From contig NW_021829532.1 in assembly GCF_006345805.1 (NCBI RefSeq), positions 1 to 5,980 on the forward strand: DNA of 5,980 bases, written 5' to 3'. Below, piece by piece: positions 1 through 5,790 of the stretch. The DNA is from Octopus sinensis (lineage: Eukaryota). How positions within the stretch are numbered: position 1 is the first letter of the stretch; each line of letters begins with the position of its first letter. The position numbers were made by a program, and so were the translations under genes. The notes under the pieces were generated by a model that had not been told where the DNA came from, ran no database searches, and saw nothing but the letters and a program-made list of their open reading frames with translations.

Positions 1-780
1 TGTTATTGGTGCTGATGATGGTGATGATGATGGTGATAATGGTTGTGGTGGTGGTGGTAATGGTGATGGTGGTGGTGATGATGATGATGATGATGATGAT
101 TGTGATAATGGTTGTGATGGTGATGGTGGTGATGGTGGTGGTGGTGATGGTGGTGGTGATGATGATGATGATGATGATGATGATTGTGATAATGGTTGTG
201 TTGGTGGTAGTGGCGGAAATGTTGGTGGTGATGATGATGATGCTAATGGTGGTGGTGATAATGGTTGTGGCGGTGGTGGTGATAGTGGTGGTAATGGTGA
301 TGAGGGTGATGATGAAGATGCTAATGGTGGTGGTGATAATGGTTGTGGTGGTGGTAGTGATGGTGGTGGTAATGGTGGCGGTGGTGGTGATGATGATGTT
401 AATGGTGGTGGTGATAATGGTTGTGGTGGTGGTGGTGATGGTGGCGAGAATGGTGATGGTGGTGGTGATGATGATGATGATGACGATAATGAAGGTGGTG
501 ATGGTGATGATGGGGGTGATGATGATAATAATGTTGGTGGTGGTGGTGATGATGATGCTGATGATGATGGTGATAATGGTTGTGGCGGTGGTGGTGATGG
601 TGGTGGTAATGGTAGTGGTGGTGGTGATGAGAATGATGATGATGATGACGATGATGAAGGTGATGATTTGATGATGATAATGGTGGTGGTGGTGGTATGA
701 GGATGATGGTAGTGGCGCTGATGATAATGGTGATGGTGGTGGCGTAGGTTGGGATGGTGAGGATGACCATGACGACGATG
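1..780 (+). repeat. (GGT/GAT)n trinucleotide low-complexity array with ~69-84 bp higher-order units
   Basis: Almost entirely GGT/GAT/AAT triplets. The anchor GATAATGGTTGTG recurs at 35, 104, 188, 257, 335, 413 and 572. Confidence 0.95.
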
Positions 781-829
781 ATGCCTATTAGGGCCACAAT
801 AGCAATAATAGCATTTTAGTAATCAAAGT

Positions 830-1129
830 CACCACCACCACCGCAACCACAACCATCACCACTTCCATCGACGTCACTACCTGCTCTATTACCACCATCA
901 TCACCTAAATGTTCTGCACCTTGACAACTACCACTACCATAATCACAAGCATCAACACTTCCGTCATCACCCTCATCATCATCATCATCATCAACATCAT
1001 CATCACCATCATCTTCATCATCATCATCATCACCATCATCACCATCATCATCGTCATCATCGTCATCATCGTCCTCCTCCTCCTCCTCATCATCATCATC
1101 TTCACCATCATCACCATCACCATCGTCAA

Positions 1130-1161
<32 letters not shown>

Positions 1162-1456
1162 CCATCATCACCATCATCACCATCATCATCGTCATCCTCC
1201 TCCTCCTCCTCCTCCTCCTCCTCCTCCAAATCATCATCACATCATCAACACCATCATCACCATCAACATCATCACCTCATCATCACATCATCAACCATCC
1301 ATCATCATCATCACATCATCATCATCATCATCAATCATCACCATCATCACCATCATCACCATCATCATCGTCATCCTCCTCCTCCTCCTCCTCCTCCTCC
1401 AAATCATCATCATCATCATCAACACCATCATCACCATCAACATCATCATCATCATC

Positions 1457-1502
<46 letters not shown>

Positions 1503-1510
1503 CCATCATC
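830..1510 (+). repeat. (ATC/ACC)n trinucleotide array with (TCC)n runs; opposite orientation to 1-780
   Basis: CAT/CAC triplets throughout, (TCC)11 at 1195-1227 and (TCC)9 at 1374-1400. An internal direct duplication has offsets of 173-179 bp. Confidence 0.95.
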
Positions 1511-1518
1511 TTTAGAAC

Positions 1519-1783
1519 CACGGCCCGTTTTAAGCCAAATCAAACAGTTTTGTTTAAACTTGGGCCCCGCCTCAAAAGAGGGCCTCGCGTACACACTCGA
1601 GCAGAGGACGCTTTAATGAATTTCTAGTATATCATTCTGGATAATAGCGGAGCCTCGAGCCCTGCGGTTGAGGCTGGTGAACTACACGAAGCATAAAACA
1701 TCAAAATTTAGCCTTTGTAGAGTAAAGGGCCCCAACTGACGATCCTCTAACTTGGGGCGACGCACTTCCTGGCGCCGGCCCTC
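1519..1783. mobile_element. Possible decayed non-autonomous DNA transposon (MITE-like)
   Basis: GC-richer non-repetitive island between two triplet arrays. Its ends CACGGCCCG (1519) and CCGGCCCTC (1775-1783) resemble degenerate CAGGGCCGG-type TIRs, and GGGCCCC motifs lie near each end. No TSD found. Confidence 0.3.
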
Positions 1784-1950
1784 ATCACAATCAACGCTAC
1801 ACTACCACCACCACCACCAACAACAACAACAGCAGCACCAACGCGCCGCCACCACCGCTGCCACCACCGCCGCTACTGCCGCCGCTTCAACCACCACCAA
1901 CAACACTGCTGCCACCTCGCGACCACCCCCACAAACACCGCCACCACCAA
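1784..1950 (+). repeat. Mixed (CAC/CAA/CAG/GCC)n trinucleotide tract
   Basis: Visible ACC, CAA, CAG and GCC triplet runs. Confidence 0.85.
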
Positions 1951-2015
1951 TATACATATATGTATATATATATATATACACATACATACACATATATATA
2001 TACATGTATATACAT

Positions 2016-2052
<37 letters not shown>
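1951..2052. repeat. (TA)n/(TACA)n microsatellite, probably the internal microsatellite of the adjacent SINE
   Basis: TA/CA dinucleotide run directly 5' of the SINE 3' half. It occupies the same position as the microsatellite inside the full-length copy at 4321-5157. Confidence 0.9.
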
Positions 2053-2055
<3 letters not shown>

Positions 2056-2220
2056 GTTTGGGTGTCTCTGTTTGTCCCCACACCATTGCTCGACAACCGA
2101 GGCTGGTGTGTTTACATCCCCGTAACTTAGCGGTTCGGCAAAGGAGACGGATAGAATAAGTCCTGCGGTCGATTCGTTCGACTAAAGGCGCAGTCAAATG
2201 ACTGAATCAAGTAAAAGAAT
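2053..2220 (+). mobile_element. SINE 3' half (copy 1), head missing, two internal deletions
   Basis: Aligns by eye to the reverse complement of 4331-4540 (TTTGTCCCC...GACAACCGA...CTTAGCGGTTCGGCAAA...GATAGAATAAGT...CGACTAAAGGCG...CAGTCAAATGACTGAA.CAAGTAAAAGA). It is followed by (AC)n at 2222-2239. Confidence 0.9.
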
Positions 2221-2245
2221 AGACACACACACACACACATACGTA

Positions 2246-3138
2246 TTGGGTCAGCCCATAAGTAATGCGATTTTTTAATTGTATGAAGTAAAAGCCGGAG
2301 GGGTGCGGAATAAACTACCTGCATCAACTTGATATATAAGCAGGTAGTAATTTTGCCTTCACTTATTCTTAGTGCAAGTTTTGAAGAATACAGTTCGATT
2401 TTAACAGTTATTTTTTAAAAACCATATTGGAAGTAACAAAGGAGCATATTCGGTATATTTTGCTTTATGAGTTCAATAAAGGCAATAAAGCAAAGGAAAG
2501 TGCGGGGAATGTTAATGCAGTATATGGTGATCGGACAATAAGCGTAAGCCAGTGTCAACGATGGTTCCAGAAATTCCGAGCCGAAAACTACAGCCTCGAA
2601 GACGAGCCTTGTCCTGAAAGATCTGTAGAGTAATCAACGAGGACGACCTGCAAACTCTGGTGGAACAAAATCCCATCGTAACTGTTGAGGAATTAGCAGA
2701 GAAGCTTGGAATTGATCGTTTAACCATTTATGTACACCTGCGTGCCATCGGAAAATGAGCATCTTTGCATTCAAGACGAAAGGTGTCCTTCCATCAGAAT
2801 TGTGCTCGGCCAACATGAACTTTCCAAAGGTTGGAGCAGTTTGAATGGGAATTGCTGCCCCACACACCATATTCGCCGGACATTGCTCCATCTGATTATC
2901 ATTTATTCCACAGTTTTCAAAATCATTTGGACGGAAAAATATGAATTCTGCAGACGAGGTCAGAACAGTACTGGAGGAGAACTTTTAGTCACGGACAAGT
3001 GGCTTTACAAGTCAACCAGATAGATGGAAGAGCATTGTAGAAATAAGGGAGAGTTTATTTTAGATTCAAAAGGATTTTTGTTTATCCTAATTCTAAAAAA
3101 TAAAAGAAGTATAAAAAAACGGATTATGCGATGGCCAA
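2246..3138 (+). mobile_element. Mariner (DD34D-type) element A, internally deleted, ~890 bp
   Basis: TA at 2244-2245 precedes the left TIR TTGGGTCAGCCCATAAGTAATGCGATTTTTT. A degenerate right TIR (AAAAAAACGGATTA...CCAA) is followed by TA at 3139-3140. A transposase relic lies inside. Confidence 0.88.
2427..3069 (+). pseudogene. Mariner transposase pseudogene (frameshifts, stops, large internal deletion near 2755)
   Basis: The N-terminal HTH region is EVTKEHIRYILLYEFNKG...CQRWFQKFRAENYSLEDEP (TTG where ATG is expected). After a frameshift it reads INEDDLQTLVEQNPIVTVEELAEKLGID...HLRAIGK*, then jumps to ...FHQNCARP. The mariner signature YSPDIAPSDYHLF is at 2870-2908, and the C-terminus is RWKSIVE/NKGEFILD. 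The WVPHEL motif and first catalytic Asp region are absent. Confidence 0.92.
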
Positions 3139-3142
3139 TATA

Positions 3143-3483
3143 TGGAGGAGTACCTAAAAGAAACTGAAATTTTGTAATATTATTTTATCCACTTAGTTTT
3201 ACATGTTTACACTTTTATTTCCTTCAAAGTATTCTTCATTTGAAGCAATGCATCACTCCAGACACATTTTCCACTGTTCGAAGCAGTGCTGGAACTCTTG
3301 CGAAGTGATGCCGTTTAACACCTCCGTCGTCTCTTTTTTTTTTTTCATCTCTTCCACATCTGCAAATTCCGTAACACCAGCTTACGTCACCAGTTATGAC
3401 CTTCGACAAAAGGTCCGGATCAATTTCCAACTGCTCTTTCATTTCACGACACGCATTTTCGGTTACTTTTGGGTACTTCCTCG
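3143..3483 (-). mobile_element. Mariner element B, ~340 bp deletion derivative of a different family (CGAGG-type TIR)
   Basis: TA-flanked TIRs TGGAGGAGTACCTAAAAGAAACTGAAA (3143-3169) and the reverse complement of 3457-3483, CGAGGAAGTACCCAAAAGTAACCGAAA, match at 20/27 positions. Minus-strand transposase scraps are EQLEIDPDLLSKVITGDVSWCYG (first catalytic Asp motif) and, in another frame, FADVEEMKK..TEVLNGITSQEFQHCFEQWK..CIASNEEYFEG. Confidence 0.88.
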
Positions 3484-3555
3484 TATATATATGTATGTAT
3501 ATATATATGTGTGTGGTGTGTGTGTGTGTGTTTTACGCGCGCGTATATATATATT
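3484..3555. repeat. (TA)n/(TG)n microsatellite
   Basis: Visible dinucleotide runs next to the mariner B terminal TA. Confidence 0.85.
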
Positions 3556-3727
3556 TTTATTGAGATAAATTTCCTTATTTGGGAGCCCTTAATTATATTT
3601 CTATATGAATAATATTTTTCTATATGAATAATATTTTGTCTAATGACTAATTCGTCTTTTGTGCTGGGCCACTGGTAGTAATTTATGTTATTACCTTTTT
3701 CTGATTATATATATATATATATATATA

Positions 3728-3856
3728 TTCTTTTATTTTACTTGTTTCAGTCATTTGACTTCGGCCATGCTGGAGCACCGCCTTTAGTCGAGCAAATCGA
3801 CCGCAGAGCTTGTTCTTTGTGAGCCCAGTACTTATTCTATTGTTCACTTTACCGAA
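3728..3856 (-). mobile_element. SINE-type 3' tail (copy 2), strongly 5'-truncated
   Basis: CTTGTTTCAGTCATTTGACTTCGGCCATGCTGGAGCACCGCCTTTAGTCGAGCAAATCGAC is nearly identical to 4341-4400. It is preceded by (TA)n at about 3708-3727. Confidence 0.9.
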
Positions 3857-3859
3857 GGA

Positions 3860-4315
3860 ACCGGTGCCACATTATGAAATCTTTTGACGTCTTTTTAGTC
3901 CTCCAACCGAACAGCACACCTTTGCACAGGTTGCACATGTTCTGTTATCAAGAATAGCTGCATTTTAATTTGCAAGGGAGTCGATTCCCCTGTCTCCTTC
4001 GATGGCTGACCAGGCCTGCACGACTTAAGCATTTCCATTTACAAATCATACACGTGAAAATCAATACTCCTTCATTTTCTACTCATTCGTTCTTTCTAAG
4101 CTTTCCCCTGATCTTCTTGTGCGTCATTCTCTCTCTTTCAAACTTCGAGTAACCACCTTGTACTCTTTTCCTCCCTCTATTTCGGTCATGTGCTTCTCTC
4201 TCCCAATCAACATCTGAAATTCCTGCTTGTGTCAAAACAGTTTTAAGGCTACCTTTGAATCTCATTTTAGGTTGTGCTGGCCTTTTACGATCTTTCACCT
4301 CACCATACAAAAATC
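3860..4315 (-). pseudogene. RTE-clade (BovB-like) LINE ORF, C-terminal part with two zinc-finger relics
   Basis: LYGEVKDRKRPAQPKMRFKGSLKTVLTQAGISDVDWEREAHDRNRGRKRVQGG matches the RTE post-RT motif LYGEL..GKR..G.QKKRFKD.LK...W...A.DR..WR. After an in-frame stop comes FTCMICKWKCLSRAGLVSHRRRQ (4058-3990). After a frameshift comes TCATCAKVCCSVGGLKRRQKIS (3940-3875). Confidence 0.85.
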
Positions 4316-4562
4316 CCTTACTCTTTTACTCTCTCTTTTACTTGTTTCAGTCAGTTGACTGCGGCCATGCTGGAGCACCGCCTTTAGTCGAGCAACTCGA
4401 CCCGGACTTATCTTTGTAAGCCAGTACTACTTATTCTATCGGGCTCTTTTGCCGAACCGCTAAGTGACGGGGACATAAACACACCAGCATCGGTTGTCAA
4501 GCAATGCTAGGGGGACAAACACAGACACACAAACATACACGCACGCACACAAACACAGACAC

Positions 4563-4593
<31 letters not shown>

Positions 4594-4666
4594 GTATATA
4601 TATAATATATATATATAATATAATATATAATATATATACTTTATTTTAAGCAGCAGAAAATTCAAC

Positions 4667-4714
4667 AAAATCTGTTACTCTGAGTTTCTCGTTGCCGTTC
4701 ATCAGACAGTTTTT
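4667..4714 (-). ncRNA. Mirror copy of the minimal hammerhead ribozyme, predicted cleavage after the minus-strand A at 4676
   Basis: Exact reverse complement of 4722-4769, being the left arm of the palindrome. Confidence 0.8.
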
Positions 4715-4721
4715 GCTAGCA

Positions 4722-4769
4722 AAAAACTGTCTGATGAACGGCAACGAGAAACTCAGAGTAACAGATTTT
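4722..4769 (+). ncRNA. Minimal type I hammerhead ribozyme, predicted cleavage after GUA (A4760)
   Basis: Stem I is CUGU 4727-4730 with ACAG 4761-4764, extended by AAAA/UUUU after one mismatch. The core is CUGAUGA 4731-4737. Stem II is A-CG-GCAA-CG-A (GNRA loop, A.A at the base). GAAA lies at 4748-4751, stem III is ACUC-A-GAGU, and the NUH triplet is GUA at 4758-4760. Confidence 0.8.
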
Positions 4770-4945
4770 GTTGAATTTTCTGCTGCTTAAAATAAAGCAT
4801 ATTACTCTACCACTGGTATTTGAGTACTCTTTTTTCCACCTTGTTTCACATTATGTGTTTACTACCCGGTATATTATATATATAACATATTATATATATT
4901 ACATATATATATATATATATACTATATATATATATTATATATATA

Positions 4946-4995
<50 letters not shown>

Positions 4996-5162
4996 TATAC
5001 GACGACGTGCTTCTTTCAGTTTCCGTCTACCAAATCCACTCACAAGGCATTGGTCGGCCCGAGGCTATAGTAGAAGACACTTGCCCAAGGTACCAGGCAG
5101 TGGGACTGAACCCGAAACCATGTGGTTGGTAAGCACGCTACTTACCACACAGCCACTCCTTA

Positions 5163-5432
5163 GGAAGTATTTTCTTATTCGTTCTCACCTGGTCCACTCC
5201 ACCTCAAACAACTTTGCAAAATGATCGATTTCACACTACTACTACAACTTCTTTCAAGTACCTCTACATCACTGTTCGCCATTCTCCAGTTTATCTCAAG
5301 AATTTTCTGAAGACAATGTTGATGGAATTGTTCTAGTTGCTTCAAATGTTAACGAACGATAAATAACCAATATCTTACTTCCAGAAAGCAATGTTAACAG
5401 AACACGTGTCCTAAAACTTAGCATAACTTTGG
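5163..5432 (-). pseudogene. RTE-clade LINE ORF, upstream part (end of RT/thumb region) of the same element as 3860-4315
   Basis: Minus strand reads RTRVLLTLLSGSKILVIYR, then after a frameshift HLKQLEQFHQHCLQKILEINWRMANSDVEVLERSCSSSVKSIILQSCLRWSG (5348-5193). This matches RTE consensus-type LLYG.ETW..YRRH.KQLE.FH.RCLR.IL.I.W...EVL.R....SI..I....LRW.GH. Removing the SINE gives in-frame ILPKGFLYGEV. Confidence 0.87.
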
Positions 5433-5465
<33 letters not shown>

Positions 5466-5790
5466 TGTGTGTGTGTGTGAGTGTGTGTGAGTGTGTGAGT
5501 GAGTGAGTGTATGTGTGTGTGTGTATGTGTGAGTGAGTGAGTGTGTGTGTGTGTATGTGTATGTGTGTGTGTGTGAGTGAGTGAGTGAGTGTGTGTGTGT
5601 TTGTGTGTGTGAGTGAGTGAGTGTGCGTGTGAGTGAGTGAGTGTGTGTGTGTGTGTGTGCGAGTGAGTGTGTGTGTGTGTGTGAGTGAGTGAGTGTGTGT
5701 GTCTGTGAGTGAGTGAGTGTGTGTGTGTGTGAGTGAGTGAGTGTGTGTATGTGTGTGTGTGTGTTTGTATGTGTGTGCGTGTATTTGTTT
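5433..5790 (+). repeat. Compound (TG)n/(TGAG)n microsatellite
   Basis: About 350 bp of TG dinucleotides interspersed with GAGT tetramers. Confidence 0.97.

Larger units (their letters stand above)
4639..4797. repeat. 159-bp near-perfect palindrome
   Basis: 4639-4714 is the exact reverse complement of 4722-4797 (76/76, checked base by base). The centre GCTAGC is self-complementary, with one extra A at 4721. Confidence 0.98.
4639..4869 (+). mobile_element. Hammerhead-bearing insert, probable Penelope-like element terminus (pLTR with inverted partial copy) or retrozyme-like element
   Basis: 231 bp of complex sequence bounded on both sides by (TA)n inside the SINE. It holds the palindrome 4639-4797, a hammerhead core, AATAAA at 4791-4796, and 72 bp unique to the right arm. 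The PLE assignment is inference from hammerhead type and inverted-end structure. Confidence 0.6.
4321..5157 (-). mobile_element. Full-length tRNA-derived SINE (copy 3), CORE-like body, internal microsatellite; Octopus-type SINE, exact family not assigned
   Basis: The minus-strand head has A box TGGCTGTGTGGT (5155-5144), B box GGTTCAGTCCC (5112-5102) and CORE-like CCTTGGGCAAGTGT (5090-5077). These are followed by a (TA)n/(TG)n interior, a 3' body shared with copies 1, 2 and 4, and a short GAGTAAAA tail. It is flanked by the direct repeat CCTTA at 4316-4320 and 5158-5162. Confidence 0.9.

Noticed and set aside
6-1616. Long ORFs rich in M/V, H, D/E, I or S/P (6-671, 399-797, 816-1229, 905-1240, 909-1616, 1291-1521, 1331-1594)
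   Set aside because: They are overlapping translations of the same trinucleotide arrays in several frames and on both strands, with no domain-like sequence.
1752-2197. ORF 1752-2159 with polyH/polyQ/Ala-Thr tracts resembling a transcription-factor low-complexity region, and the opposite-strand ORFs
   Set aside because: They run through a (TA)n microsatellite into a SINE, and no flanking coding signature or supported exon structure is present.
2427-2633. ORF as a functional transposase or domesticated SETMAR-like gene
   Set aside because: It has a TTG start, a frameshift after 68 codons, several stops, and a deleted catalytic core.
2512-3568. ORFs 2512-2727, 2634-2891, 2730-3023 and 3203-3568
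   Set aside because: They are antisense or out-of-frame readings of the two mariner relics.
3595-3637. Short tandem duplication of ATTT(T)CTATATGAATAAT
   Set aside because: Real but ordinary slippage in AT-rich DNA, with no further structure.
4639-4797. Palindrome as a MITE, rho-independent terminator or miRNA precursor
   Set aside because: The arms do not bound the whole insert and there is no internal spacer, so it is not a MITE. The context is eukaryotic, so a terminator does not apply. Perfect 76-bp arms containing a hammerhead core fit an inverted duplication better than a pre-miRNA.
4768-5070. ORFs 4768-5070 and 4846-5043 as products of the hammerhead element
   Set aside because: They are mostly IY repeats from (TA)n, with no RT or GIY-YIG motifs.
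5095-5160. tRNA gene
   Set aside because: A and B boxes are present, but there is no convincing acceptor stem or cloverleaf, and the sequence continues into a SINE body. It is a tRNA-derived SINE head.
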